Assembly (NCBI GenBank): GCA_964016885.1
Contig: OZ024740.1
Span: forward strand, 226,486,001-226,550,000
DNA: 64,000 nucleotides
Source: Eledone cirrhosa
Taxonomy: Eukaryota
Direction: 5' to 3'
A model generated the notes under the pieces. The model had not been told where the DNA came from and did no database searches. It saw only the letters and a program-made list of their open reading frames with translations. The position numbers and the translations under genes are program-made. Of this stretch, positions 1-13,597 are shown piece after piece (the stretch's first letter is position 1; the number at the start of each line of letters is the position of its first letter).

Positions 1-477
1 CTTCATTATCATCATCATCATCATCGTTGTTGTCATTAGCATCACCATCATCATTGTCATAAGCATCATCATCATCATCATCATCATCATTTGTATATTC
101 ATTATTTCACACTGGTATGGGTTGAGTAAGATGTACTTCCTCCCACCCAACTCCCTGCCTGATTCCAGCCCCTATTTTATGTTGATGGTATGTATTGTTG
201 ACTTTCACCAAACCATAATCTTCAGGCATAAATAAACATTATTGCCCACTTTAAGCATTGTTTCATGCCAACAGATAGATACACTTATACTTGTATATGA
301 TCATCATCATCATCATTCTCACCATCTTCATTATCATCACCATTTAATATCTGTATATACACACACACACATACACACACACACACACACACAGACACAT
401 ACACATACACACATATATGGTGACTTTACTGTTTCCATCTACCAAATATTTTCACAAGTCTTTGATCTGCCTTAGCT

Positions 478-676
478 TACGAGGGTTGGCTGAAAAGTTC
501 ATAGGTTGACTAAGATACTCTCATTTAATGACCAAATGAGGTTTATTTTTCGATATAGTCCCTGGAAAGAAACAATGAAGTTATTTATAAGAAAAGCTTA
601 AATTAATGCAAGCAAGATTTTACAGCTCTAGCATCAAACATTCATAGTCAACCTATGAACCTTTCAGCCAACCTTC
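478..676. mobile_element. mariner-type MITE
   Basis: Terminal inverted repeats tacgagggttggctgaaaagttcataggttgac / gtcaacctatgaacctttcagccaaccttc; similar copies at 34798-35001 and ~63515-63706. Confidence 0.8.
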
Positions 677-1802
677 AATTACACACACATAGGGCTACCG
701 CACAGTTTCCATCAACCAAATTCATTCACAAGACCTTGGTCAACCTTTGCTTACTGTGGGATCATACCCAAAACCCCATGGCTGTGAAGTAATCTCCTTT
801 GCCACACAGTCAACCATACATTATTTGGTGTTCTGATATATATTGCTTTACTTTTATATTCTATTCTTCCTTAGGGACTAACTCCTGTTGAATAAGCTTA
901 TTATGTCGTGTGTGTGTTAGTGTGTGTGTTGTATGATAACTTGTTTTTATTTCAATGCATATAAAGCCATAGGCATTAGTCATTTCCTTCATATCTGACC
1001 GCTTAGCTGAATATATTAGTATAATGTGCTGTATAAATCTCTAGAAAGATGAAAGCCCAAGTTGATATAGATAGGTTTTGAAACCGGGGAACTTGTAAGC
1101 TTAGCAGTAACTCCTGAGATGTAGTAGTGTGCCTTGAGAAGAACGGTAGAATGTCTAAAGAAAACAGCTAATTTTCTGTAAGTTATTTCTAAAAGGAAAA
1201 TCAAAAGGAATAATTAACTGAAAACATGAGATACAACAGAGCAATAATTTTTTTTTATGATAATGTGGCTGGCAGTGTTTGAAACCAGCCAACTCATCGT
1301 CATTCTGTTCAATGTAGAATTGGAATAATGCCATTAGATTGACGCTTATAAAATATCTCACACGGTTGCATTTGATTGCTGGCTTTAATGATAGCATGCA
1401 CAACTGGTCTGCTTCGGTTCAGAGGTTTTATGGATGGAGGTAATCTAATGGTGATGTCGGAGGGAGGAAAAGTTGTTGCTTTCTCTCTTATCCATATTCT
1501 TAATTACATCAAGGCTCAAATACAATGAAAGTTTTTATCCCTAGGAAGTTTCTTGTCTGCTTTACAATAAACTTTATATTATATTCTACTGCAACCTCTG
1601 TGTTGCGAAGTAGTTATTGTACAGGACTCAAACATTAAAATAGAGAATTTCCACCTTGAGAAAAGCGCCTTCGGAATGTCTAACTTGAAAATGAAGTATT
1701 AATTTTCTATATTATATTGATTTCCTTAGACTAGACACGACACAAGGCTAATATTAGCAAGAGTTGGGTCACAAACAATTAAATCAACCCCAGTAACTTA
1801 CA

Positions 1803-2004
1803 TATGAGATATATACTTGAATATAAGCCGAGGAATATATGACCAAAAATCGATGATAAAATGGGTTGGAGTCAGCTTGTATACGCCATCTAAACAATGT
1901 GCTGATTTGCTACCTCAGCTTATAAATGGTGTTTGGATTTTTTGCTAATTTTTCAGGCATAAAATGGGGGTTGAGGCTCAGCTTATATTCAAGTATATAC
2001 AGTA
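1803..2004. mobile_element. Tc1/pogo-like MITE inserted in a SINE remnant
   Basis: Inverted ends tatacttgaatataagccgag / ctcagcttatattcaagtata; flanks (1740-1800, 2005-2070) resemble the SINE family seen at 26213. Confidence 0.6.
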
Positions 2005-2624
2005 CTTATTTTATTAATCCCCAAAGAGGAAACAAATCAATACTAACTCCGAAAAGAATTGAACTCAAAAGAATTATTGAGAAGGTTCAGGTACCAAGTC
2101 AAATGTTCATCATTGATATTGTTGTCTGCTTTCCCATACTAGCATGAGTTGGATGAGACATTTTCAAGCAGTTTTTCTATGACTATATCTGCATCTTCAT
2201 GCTGACCCATATTTTTATTTTTAAGTATGGTATATGCTATTGACTTCAAATAAATTGCTAAGCTGTTGGATGTATTATTTATGTGAAGTATAAATAAACA
2301 GCATTGTTATTCTTTAAACAGTGTCAATATGAAGAGGCATGAGTCAACAAACACACAATACACACACACAGAGAAACACACATATAGTGATACACACACA
2401 TATATAGTGATAGTGTGCGTTACTAGGACTGGAAAGACCACAAATCAGAGAAGTACTCAATACATGGTAAGATGCTGAGTGGATATATTATAAAAATTAA
2501 AGGGTTGACTGAGCTCAGTGGTTTTGGCAAGTTAAATTTTCAGCTAGTTAGCCTAAGAAGAGGTAACTAGCCAAAATTGCCAACCTTGCAGTCGATCTTC
2601 TACTTTTAAAATATATATATACAT

Positions 2625-2837
2625 ATTTATGTGAATCCTGGGTTCAATTGGGGGTAACCACAGTAAGTAAGGTACTCAATACATTAGCAGAGTCTATACA
2701 ACAAAATTAAATATAGAAATGGCTTCTACAGAACTAGAACTGTTTCATTTGAAGGAAATAATCAGGAAAGCCCTCATTATTTCCTTCGAATGAAACAGTT
2801 CTAGTCCTGTAGAAGCCATTTCTATATTAAATTTTGC
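2625..2837. mobile_element. fold-back non-coding element, putative PLE pseudo-LTR (family D)
   Basis: ~55 bp inverted repeat 2703-2761 / 2775-2836; homologous copy on the opposite strand at 46392-46510. Confidence 0.55.
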
Positions 2838-3496
2838 TCACTTACACCTCTCTAAGATAATGTTACTGGATCGAGATCTTTGGCAGTATGCAATTATACA
2901 GAAGACCTGCCTTCTCTTGCATACAAACTTAAACCTACGGTCAGTAGGCATCTCTTAACCTATCCCACACACCGTACTCCATCCTCCCAAATACTCAGCC
3001 ACATAGGTATAAACATCAGAAATATTCCATAACTAAACATGGGACATATCTCATTAGCCAAGAAAATAATGTGCACCCTAGTGTTGTAATGAGAAAGTGC
3101 CAGCTCCATGATAAAATGCAGCACCCCACACTTTCTGTAAAGTGCAACTAGTTCATCATATAAGATGGTACTCTGTTTGTGCACGTGTGTATGTGTGTAT
3201 GAGTGTATGTGTGTGTGCATGTGTGTGTGTGTGTGCGTGTGTGTCTGTTTGTTTGCTTGCTCATTCTATAATGAATGAGAAAGGGACAAAGAGCTAGTGA
3301 TTCAAAAAGCACCAGTTTCATTTTCCCATGAAATTAGTAATGGGATAACTACAGGATTCTGTATAAAATATATATTTAAGACTATTTCCTCAAATGTACA
3401 AATTGCCAATATGTACATAATGATTTCTTTATTTACAATAATGTCATATAAGCTAGCCCAGAAAAACTCACTTTAAATGATGATGGTGATTAGTAT

Positions 3497-3564
<68 letters not shown>

Positions 3565-3604
3565 GTATATATATGCATGTATATATATGTATGTATATAT
3601 ATAA

Positions 3605-3675
<71 letters not shown>

Positions 3676-4094
3676 ATTATAGTGAAAATTAGGATAAAGA
3701 AATTTATGGGAAAAAGGAAAGTTCTCAGGCTCTTAAGATTTTTTGTATCCATTTCCTGAAATAAAAAAGTTAAAATTTTGCTTACACAATTGAAACTGTA
3801 TCACTGAAAACAATTTTACATTTATTAACATTATCTTTCACCATCTTTACCATCATTAAAATTGTCATCATAAACATCACATCTAACTTATCAAGAGGAA
3901 TCAGCTATAGTATACAAGAGAGGAGTCGTAAAGTGATGATGGGGATAGTTTAAGATGTGCTGAGTTCAATTCTTTGTAGCAGATGCTGGCGATGTTTTCT
4001 GGATATGGGGGTATCTTATTAGATTTCCTAAACTATTATTTGTATTAATCAACTTAAGAATATATATATATATATATGTGTTTGATAGCTTCTT

Positions 4095-4664
4095 CTATCT
4101 AGGTACATAATTAGCAATGAAGCAGGGTGCTCTGAGAGCATAACAGCTAGAATAAGGATAGGATGGAAAAAGTTCAAAGAGCTACCCCCACTGTTGACCA
4201 CAATAGGTTTCTCCCTATGTAAAAAAGGACCACTGTATGACGCCTGTGTGTGAAGTGCGATGCTGCATGGTAGTGAAACATGGGCTGTGATTGCAAAGGA
4301 CATGTGTAGACTGAAGAGAAATGAAGCAACCATGCTTCATTGGATGTGCAATGTAAGTGTAAGAGAATGGTAGAGCTCGGACGAGTTGAAGAAGAAGGTG
4401 GGTTTGAGAGGAATCCAAGGTGGTACGTAAGAGATAAGACTGTGTAGGTTTGGATGTGCATGATTGTTAAGTGAAGAAGTGCCTGGAAATGCCAGTGGAA
4501 GGAAGCTGCCATAGAGATAGACCAAAAAAGACCTGGGCAGAAGTTGTGAAACTCACAGAGATAATGACAAATGATCATGATGTGTGGAGATATGCAATGC
4601 TGGGAAGAACCTATCCAACCCATACTAGAATGGAAAAGTGGGCATAAAAATGACGATGATAATG

Positions 4665-4668
<4 letters not shown>
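4095..4668 (+). mobile_element. RTE-clade LINE 3' fragment (degenerate)
   Basis: Frameshifted remnants of GWKKF, LYDAC, MLHGSETW and WMCNV, matching the RTE at 31097; (GAT)n-like tail. Confidence 0.85.
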
Positions 4669-4699
<31 letters not shown>

Positions 4700-4700
4700 T

Positions 4701-4780
<80 letters not shown>

Positions 4781-5307
4781 CATCTATTCAATATCAGAAA
4801 AAAAATCAAGGATATGAGATTATGTATATTATTTCATTTTTACGCTCATTACAAATATAGTTTCATATCCTTCATTTTTTTCTAATATTGAATTTTAATG
4901 ATCTGTTTCCTAACCTGTCCTACACAACAGGACATTTAACTGTCGATGATGATTCAATCATCCACTTTAAACTCATGAACCAAGAACTGTAATGTACATA
5001 GAGCTTCTCTCAGCTTACCAAAGAAAATAGAGAAGTACTACACTATAATCACATATTTTCTATATATATTTATATTTATATATTATTATATTATGGGAGG
5101 GTCATGCTGCCAATAAAAACATACACACCAGTTGAGTTTCATTTCAATTTATTATTATTGGTGAAGTAATATTTCTGTTGGTTATGAAGGACTTCTATCT
5201 GAAACATTGAACCCGTTTCCACTTCCTCCAAGTGTGAACCTAATATAACTGTAATTATGCATTCCTGTTGTTTTGTTTCATTTATCAACTTTATATATAT
5301 ATATATC

Positions 5308-5752
5308 GTTGGTGTTAGGAAGGGCATCCAGCCGTAGAAAACCCACCAGACGGCCCTATGCGAGCAAGATAACCACTCTTGCCTCAAGTGGGCAAACTCC
5401 CATCCAAACCCCTGCAAGCGTGGAAGATGGACGTTAAACGATGATGATGATCGTGTAGGTGTCATAACAAAAAGTACCCAGTACACACTGTAAATGTGGT
5501 TAGCATTAGGAAGTGCATCCAGCCATAGAAAACCAGTCCACACTGTAAAGTGGATGAGTAAAAGACATGGCAAAAAGCACCTAGCTCACACTGTAAATGT
5601 TGTTGGCGTTAGGAAGGGCATCCAGCCATTGAAAACAAGCCAGAAACTCTCCTATATGAGCGAGACACGGTCACCTGACCCAACTTACCTCTAAATGGGA
5701 CAAACTCCTCTAAACCATGCTAGCATGGAAGATAGACATTAATCAACGATGA
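5308..5752 (+). mobile_element. two adjacent RTE 3'-UTR/tail fragments
   Basis: gttggtgttaggaagggcatccagccgtagaaa...gacgttaaacgatgatgat, the same motifs as the RTE 3' UTR at 32280-32452. Confidence 0.8.
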
Positions 5753-5756
5753 TATA

Positions 5757-6070
5757 TATTGGAAAATGTGTGAAATCCTGGGTACAGTTAGGTATATTTT
5801 TAAAAAAAGTAAAAGAATGACTTCACTTGTAGTTCTAAACAATTCAATTTAATTTTATAGTATTATAATTTTGCAATTTGGTAGATCTAGTAAGTTCTCT
5901 GTTAACTTCAGTGTGGATATTTTTTAAAGATTCCTGGTTAACTTTCCTAGAGTACTTTCTCGCATTCGTCGGTGGCGATTATTATAAAATTAAATTTCAT
6001 AATATTATAAAATTAAATTAAATTTTTTAGAACTACAAGTGAAGTCATTCTTTTCCTTTTTTAAAAATAT
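5757..6070. mobile_element. solo PLE pseudo-LTR (family C) with inverted segment
   Basis: 5757-5980 is the reverse complement of 29735-29950, the pLTR of the PLE at 26405-29953; 6000-6070 is an inverted copy of 5795-5865. Confidence 0.75.
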
Positions 6071-6240
6071 ATATATATTTATTAGTAGTACAAATTTAAG
6101 TTTAAGTAAAGAATTTCGGCTTTTACCATATATATAATATATAAGATATATATATATAATAATGTTCAATTCATTTGTAAACAAACAGCCGGATTTGAAG
6201 TCCGTGCCATGCTGGTGACCGATCGTCTCTTGTTTGAGGA

Positions 6241-6283
6241 ACAATCAACATGTTTCTGAGTTATTACCCTTCACCAGGACTGT
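6241..6283 (-). ncRNA. minimal type I hammerhead ribozyme-like motif (core A6G variant)
   Basis: Minus strand: acagtc CTGGTGA agggt aata actca GAAA catg TT gattgt; 6-bp stem I, 4-bp stem II, palindromic ACATGT stem III. Confidence 0.65.
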
Positions 6284-6485
6284 AAACCTCTGCCAGTCTG
6301 TTGAACAGTTGAAAATATATAGTATTTTCTTAAGTACGCATCGGCTGAGTAACCTCATTTGCATACCAAGCAAGTTACAGCTGGCCTTGCCGAATATTAA
6401 AAATAAAATTAGAATTTTATTTCTCACCCTAGCACAGTTGATACATAAATGCATGTATGCATTCTAATATATATATATATATATA

Positions 6486-6672
6486 TCATCATCATCATCA
6501 TCATCATTCTCTTCATTTAATGTCCATCTTCCACGCTAGCATGGGTTAGACGGGAGTTGTCCCACTTGAGGCAAGGTTGGTTGGGTGACCGTGTCTCGCT
6601 CATATAGGACTATCTGGCAGGTTTTCTACGGCTGGATGCCCTTCCTAACACCAACCACATTTACAGTGTGGA
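6486..6672 (-). mobile_element. RTE 3' tail
   Basis: (CAT)n followed by the reverse complement of the RTE 3' UTR (cf. 19189-19370). Confidence 0.8.
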
Positions 6673-6674
6673 AC

Positions 6675-6716
<42 letters not shown>

Positions 6717-6720
<4 letters not shown>

Positions 6721-6895
6721 ATATTAACAAATGGAAACTATATTTATAAAACCATATTTATTTCATTATACATATTTCAAGGACACCAAAGCAAATTATG
6801 GTGCGCTTTCATCAGATAAAATATAATATAGATCAGTTTTATAAACAAATATTGACGTACCCTTAAAGAATGCGACCGTGTCGGTTGGAAGCTCC

Positions 6896-6898
<3 letters not shown>
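6717..6898 (-). mobile_element. HHR-bearing short element, family A (putative PLE pLTR) in (TA)n
   Basis: Homologous to 18938-19140, 24297-24592, 48222-48402 and 60920-61045; flanked by (TA)n on both sides. Confidence 0.8.
6759..6823 (-). ncRNA. type I hammerhead ribozyme (family A)
   Basis: tattttat CTGATGA aagcgcacca...tggtgtcctt GAAA tatgta TA atgaaata; 8-bp stem I and canonical core. Confidence 0.75.
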
Positions 6899-6980
<82 letters not shown>

Positions 6981-7069
6981 TATATATATCAGTCCAATCT
7001 ATGCAAGACTGTAAAATTGTGATGGTTGTGAGGAGGAGGGTGATGATGATATATCTATGTATCTATCTA

Positions 7070-7872
<803 letters not shown>

Positions 7873-7919
7873 TATATATATACCTTTATATATAAATATA
7901 CCTTTACATATATATATAT

Positions 7920-8122
7920 AGTTGCCTAAATATGTGGTTGCAGTCAATAAAGAAAGAGCCCTCAATACGTAATCTTAGAGGTAAATATACTATATTGCAT
8001 AAAATACATGGCAAAGTGGCGTATACTTTCCTAGGTACTCCGAGTTTCCCAAACGAAAATCAACTTGCTTCAGGAAACTCTGAGTAGCTAGAAGGTATAC
8101 AACAGTTTGCCATGTATTTTAT
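7920..8122. repeat. fold-back element
   Basis: Inverted repeat ataaaatacatggcaaa...gagtttcc (7999-8049) / ggaaactc...tttgccatgtattttat (8073-8122). Confidence 0.6.
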
Positions 8123-8274
8123 ACACACCTTCTCCATTCTGACTGTCAGGGCTGTGGGGAGGCCAGCACCTGGGACCCCATTTGCTTACCATACAGAGAG
8201 ATGGGGAGGGTGAGAGAGATGGAGGTGATGACAGTGGGAGTTCGGCTCTTCCAAGTTCAGACCATATCCTTGTG

Positions 8275-8497
8275 GTTGTGTTTATTATGTGGCCGTGTAG
8301 GCAACACGGTAAAAACCTCCCAGACCCACACTGTAAATGTGGTTGGTGTTAGGAAGGGCATCCAACTGTAGAAAACCTGCCAGACAGTCCTATGCGAGCA
8401 AGACAATCACTCTTGCCTCAAGTGGGACTACCCCCGTCCAAACCCATGCAAGCGTGGAACACGGACGTTAAACGTTGATGATGATGATGATGATGAT
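8275..8497 (+). mobile_element. RTE 3' UTR/tail
   Basis: Near-identical to 32240-32452; ends in (GAT)n. Confidence 0.85.
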
Positions 8498-9348
8498 AGA
8501 AAATTATTTATTTCCCACCTCTCGATTATTACCTAAATATATATATGTATATATCTATAAGATGATAGCAAAGAAGCAGAGAAGTGTTATGATATTTAGT
8601 TGCCCATCTGCCAGTATGCACTACACTTCCTTGTCCACCTCACCCCATATTAATCCCCTTTTCCTGCCTGAGAAAGTGGTTAGTATAATATATTGTATGT
8701 TCTTTATATTTTTCATCATGTTTTCACACTTATTTTTATCACCATATTTACCTTTACAATCATCACTTCCCTTCTTCCTCTATCCTCTGCTATCCCCCTC
8801 TATCCTCCTCTATCCTTCACTATCTTCCTCTATCCTCCACCATCCTCCTCTCTCCTCCTCTATCCTCCGCTATCATACATCCTGCCTAATCACTCAAATA
8901 TTTCCAAATTATTTTGTTAATTATTATAATCATTATTATTATAACATCAGTTTTTCTTAAATACATTAATTTGTAAATTCTTGAATTCTTAATCATTAAT
9001 TTAAGGTTAAATTATTACCAACAGTTTGAATTTATCTTCTAAATTGCAAGTAAAAAGATCTAAATAGACATAAATACAAACACACATACAGACTAATTTT
9101 TTAAAATGTAGATAAGAAGGATGTTGATAGAGAGATAGAGAGATAGAATTCCAGACAATTAGGTAACTAAGTAGATAGATAGACATATAAGTGTAACAAA
9201 GACACACTTAAAAACACACACACTCACAGACACACATTCACACAAATACACATACATTCACACACACACAAACAGACACATTTACACAAACGCACACACA
9301 CACTCACACACAAGTGTAATGAATGTTAGATGCTATTTTCTGTAGATT

Positions 9349-9877
9349 GTCCTCACCCTTCCTTCCTCAATCATGTCTAGTATGTGACGTCATCACCCCT
9401 TCCTTCCTCAATCATGTCTAGTGTGTGATGTCCTCACCCCTTCCTTCCTCAATCATGTATAGTGTGTGATGTCCTCACCCCTTCCTTCCTCAGTCATGTC
9501 TAGTGTATGATGTCCTCACCCCTTCCTTCCTCAATCATGTCTAGTGTGTGATGTCCTCACCCCTTCCTTCCTCAATCATGTCTAGTGTATGACGTCATCA
9601 CCCCTTCCTTCCTCAATCATCTCTTGTGTGTGACGCCATCACACCTTCCTTCCTCAATCATCTCTTGTGTGTGACGCCATCACCCCTTCCTTCCTCAATC
9701 ATCTCTTGTGTGTGACGCCATCACCCCTTCCTTCCTCAATCATCTCTTGTGTGTGACGTCATCACCCCTTCCTACCACAGACATCTCTTGTGTGTGATGC
9801 CATCACTCCTTCCTTCCTCAATCATCTCTTGTGTGTGACATCATCACCCCTTCCTACCACAGACATCTCTAGTGTGT
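9349..9877. repeat. 41-bp minisatellite, ~13 copies
   Basis: Unit gtcctcaccccttccttcctcaatcatgtctagtgtgtgat and variants. Confidence 0.95.
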
Positions 9878-9929
9878 TGTGGAAAATTGGACGGACAGAA
9901 GTCACTCAAATTAATATATAGAAATATAA

Positions 9930-10330
9930 TAATAATTGTTTCTACTTTTTGGCACAAGGCCAGCAATTATCCAGTACATTACTGGTACTTTATTTTATCA
10001 ACCCCGTAAGGATGAAAGGCAAAGTTAACCTCGGCGGGATTTGAACTCAGATCATAAAGGGACGTAACTCTATGCTTCAAAGCATGTCTGACCCTCTACC
10101 GATACTGCCAAACCACCGATAATAATAATGGTTACTAATATAGGCACAAGGCCAGCAATTTAAAAGGGAAGGGAAAGTTGATTAAACTGATCCCAGTGTG
10201 TTACTGGTACCTTAAGGATGAAAGCCAAAGCTAACCTTGGTGAATTTGAACTCAGAATGTAAAGGGTCATGACTCTATGCCGCAAAGCAAGATGTCCGAT
10301 GCTCTACTGATATTGCCAATCTGCTGCCTT
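9930..10330 (-). mobile_element. two tandem SINE copies (Nin/Deu-like central domain)
   Basis: Reverse complement of the 26213-26406 SINE (gagttcaaatcccgccgaggttaactttgcctttcatcc...taccag); a third copy lies at ~10425-10590. Confidence 0.75.
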
Positions 10331-10344
10331 TAAAAAATGTATAA

Positions 10345-11350
10345 ATATAATAATAAAGAAAATTATTGTATACAGTACTCAGGTGGACTACAACTCATCA
10401 AAGGTGTATGTATAGTACATAAAATAATTGTTTCTACTCTTGGCACAAGGCCAGCAATTACTCAGTGCATTACTGGTACTTTATTTTATCGACCCCGTAA
10501 GGATGAAAGGCAAAGTTAACCTCGGCAGGATTTGAACTCCTACAAAGCATATTGTCCGACCCTCTACCGATACTGCCAAACCACCACCCTAGGGAAGTGA
10601 ACAGTGTATGAGTCATGATATACACACAGACACACACATGCATGTGTGTGAATGGAGGGGGAATATCTGGTGTAGTGTTGGCGAATTTTGGGAAGCATGG
10701 AAGGTTTGAAGGTTGCGGTGTCCTGACAGCTAATGACTAATACAGGTAGTTTGTTCTATGCTTCAGCAACTCTGAGCATGAAAAAATGTATTCGAAAGTC
10801 ACAAGAATTGTACTTTTTTCTGATTTTGTAAGCATGTCTACGAATGTTAGACATATGGAATTCAAAAAGGTGCTCAAGGATGTTGTTGGAATAATGATTA
10901 ATAATCTTGTCAGATGTTGGAGTTTCAATGTATCCATACCCAGGGAAGCAAGGCATTCAGAGTTTGGTAGATGCCTGATGGAGGGTATTTGTTTGGTTGC
11001 ACGTCTCTGAACAGTTTCCAAATCAATATTCTGCGCAAGATAGGGGTTCCAGACTGATGATGCAAATTCTAAGTATGGACACACCATAGCTATATACAGC
11101 TTTAAATAGATAGCTGGAGAGTGGCTAACAAAGGTTTTGCTGAGTGATGCCAAGACACCCTCAGGCTTCTTGACAATTTTAGAGATGTGCTTTGTCCAGC
11201 GCAAATCACCATTGACAATAATGCCCAGGTAACATTCACAAGAAGATTTCTTGAGATTGGTGTTGAAAGTTGGGTATTTTCTCCCAAAATACATGGTGGT
11301 ATACTTGTCTACCATTCTTTAATCCATACATAACAGCTTCTGCTTGCATT
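10345..11350 (-). mobile_element. CR1/L2-group LINE 3' fragment, interrupted by a SINE
   Basis: ORF 10737-11315 has YLGII..DLRWTKHI, LY.AMV.PYLEFASSVWNPY and LETVQRRATK; the 3' UTR motif recurs at 40740-40850. Confidence 0.85.
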
Positions 11351-11399
11351 GCATACACATTAAGTGCATTAATGGGTGTGTATGTATATATATATATAT

Positions 11400-11690
11400 A
11401 TCATCATCATCATCATCATTTTACGTCCGCTTTTCCCTGCTTGCAAGGGTAGGACGGGTCTTATTCAGCACAGCATCTCTCCACTCGTCACGGTCCTTCT
11501 TCATCTCCACCGTGAGCTTCAATGATCTGAGGTCTGTTCTCACCACCTTCGCCCATGTTTTTCGTGGTCTACCTCTCCCACGTCTTCCTTCAACTGGCAT
11601 TTCCTGGCACTTCTTCACCCATCGGTCATCCTCCATGCACATCACATGTCCATACCCCTCAATCTCCTCTCCCATACACTACATTCTATC
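11400..11690 (-). mobile_element. RTE (subfamily 2) 3' end
   Basis: [42 protein letters not shown] followed directly by a (GAT)n tail. Confidence 0.9.
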
Positions 11691-11698
11691 CCTCTCAG

Positions 11699-11744
<46 letters not shown>

Positions 11745-12295
11745 ATAAGTGCGTTGATGGGTGTGTGTATATATATATATATATATATATGTGTATAAGT
11801 GCATTGATGGGTGTGTGTATATATATATATATGTAAATATGATAATAATGGAGCTGCGGCGCTGCAAATGGGTAAACATATGAAAAAGTTTGTCCTCATC
11901 AGTGGCCATCCAACCGTCGTAGGCATTTCGTCGCATTAAAGGCCATATACCTCAGGTTGGTGCGAGCAATGGCTAAAAAAAAGGTCGTTGGGACACGTAA
12001 ATAAAGGGGACGCTAGGGTAAACAAACAAAATGGTTTAAGCAGCAGAAAGTGATGAAGAAGGAAACAAGTCCCAGATTTCTATGAATATAAATTCGGTGG
12101 AATCGTGAACGAGAGAATAAAGACCATCAAACCTGGTTGAAATGTGAGCAAGGAAGGAATTTCGCACAGGTCTAACGGGAGGAAGAAGGGGTCTGGTCTG
12201 CGAATTTGGTAAACATAAGTTCTGTGAAGTCGCAGACGAGAGAGAGAGAAAAAAATTCATACCGTCTTGGCCAAGTGCCCGCGAGAAAATATATA

Positions 12296-12577
12296 TTTAC
12301 TCAGCTGTAGAAATGAGTAAATGCAAAGTGGTCGTGGAGGTGCCACGGCAAAAAAGCACCCAGCCCACATTGTAAAGTGGTCGTGGAGGTGCCATGGCAA
12401 AAAAGCACCCAGCCCACACTGTAAAGTGGTCGTGGAGGTGCCACGGCAAAAAAGCACCCACCACTCAATGTAAATGAGGTTGGTGTTAGGAAATGCATCC
12501 AGCTGTAGAAATCAAGCCAGAATCAGTTCCTGTCCCAGCCTTGCAAGCAGGGAAAAGCGGACATAAAATGATGATGA
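12296..12577 (+). mobile_element. 5'-truncated SINE with RTE-derived tail containing three 49-bp repeats
   Basis: Matches the body/tail of the SINE at 34462-34797; repeats start at 12325, 12374 and 12423. Confidence 0.75.
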
Positions 12578-12644
12578 TATATATAAATGTATATGTATAT
12601 ATATATATAAATGTATCTATGTGTGTATATATATATATATATAT

Positions 12645-13180
12645 CATCATCATCATTTTACGCCCACTTTTCCCTGCTTGTAAGGGTGGGACATGTCCTA
12701 TTCAGCACAGCATCTCTCATTCGTCATGGCCTTTGTCATCTCCTCTGTGAGCTTCAACAATCTGAGGTCTGCTCTCACCACCTCCGCCCATGTTTTTCGT
12801 GGTCTTCCTCTACTGCATCTTCCTTCTACTGGCATTTCTTGGCACTTCTTTACCCAGAGGTCATCCTCCATGCACATCACATGTCCATACCATCGCAGTC
12901 TTCTCTACAATTTATTCCACTTATACACAGTTTCTCTCTCAACTCATCTATTCTTGGTCATTCATGCACATTGACATTGCACATCCAACGGAGCATGCTT
13001 GCTTCATTTCTCTCCAGCCATCACATATCCTCTGCAGTTGCTGCCCATGTCTCACTACCATGCAGCATCGCACAGGCATCATATAACCGGCCTTTCATAC
13101 GCAGGCAAAAACCCGTCTTTGTCAGCAGAGGAAGCAGCTCCCTAAACTTCTTCCAACACATCCTTATTCTAGATACTATG
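12645..13180 (-). mobile_element. RTE (subfamily 2) 3' fragment
   Basis: CMEDDLWVKKCQEMPVEGR..GRPRKTW; homologous to 11400-11690 and 54545-55010. Confidence 0.85.
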
Positions 13181-13309
13181 GCCTCCATAGAGAGGTTGTC
13201 TTCCTGGACTCAGGAACCCTCTCTCCCCCTCCATTTTACAGCATGGACTAGGTGCTTTTATTCATGCCACCACCACTAGAGAAGTTGTCTTACTGGACTC
13301 AGAGGCCCT

Positions 13310-13450
13310 ATCCATATGTAGTTGACAACTCCAGGTAGTAAGAGCAACGGGAAATAAAGCTGAAGGACATAACGCATCGCCCGGTCCAGAAATCGAACTG
13401 ACAACCTCATGTTTGCGAATCCAGTTCTCTAACCAATCAGCCACATGCCT
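13310..13450 (-). mobile_element. tRNA-derived SINE head
   Basis: Minus strand: A box tggctgattggt and B box cagttcgatttc; homologous to 60750-60908. Confidence 0.7.
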
Positions 13451-13552
13451 ATCGTTTTTTAATTTGTTTTGCAAGATTTCTTATCTTTCACAGAAACAAA
13501 ATGGCGTAGGACAGAAGAAAGGAAAGGCACAGAAACAAGGAAAGGAATCCCC

Positions 13553-13597
13553 AGTCACTGAAGAGGTCACAGAGTGTGTGACGAAAGGACTATGACT
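13553..13597 (+). ncRNA. minimal type I hammerhead ribozyme (family E)
   Basis: agtca CTGAAGA g gtcaca gagtg tgtgac GAAA ggac TA tgact; perfect 5-bp stem I and 6-bp stem II; the downstream 13685-13762 motif recurs at 5090-5160, 42385-42460 and 42995-43063. Confidence 0.7.

Noticed and set aside
1016-1500. Possible host exons on the minus strand (ttttctttag acceptor near 1157; ~60-codon open frame 1306-1500)
   Set aside because: No recognisable protein similarity or consistent multi-exon structure; RNA-seq or BLAST would be needed.
2735-2815. CTGATTA..GAAAC..GTC hammerhead-like words in family D
   Set aside because: The core is non-canonical and stem I does not pair next to the core.
5930-5980. 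CCGACGA..GAAA motif in the family C pLTR
   Set aside because: Stems do not pair convincingly and the core differs among the three copies.
9349-9877. Regular repeat array resembling CRISPR
   Set aside because: No unique spacers, no cas genes, eukaryotic context.
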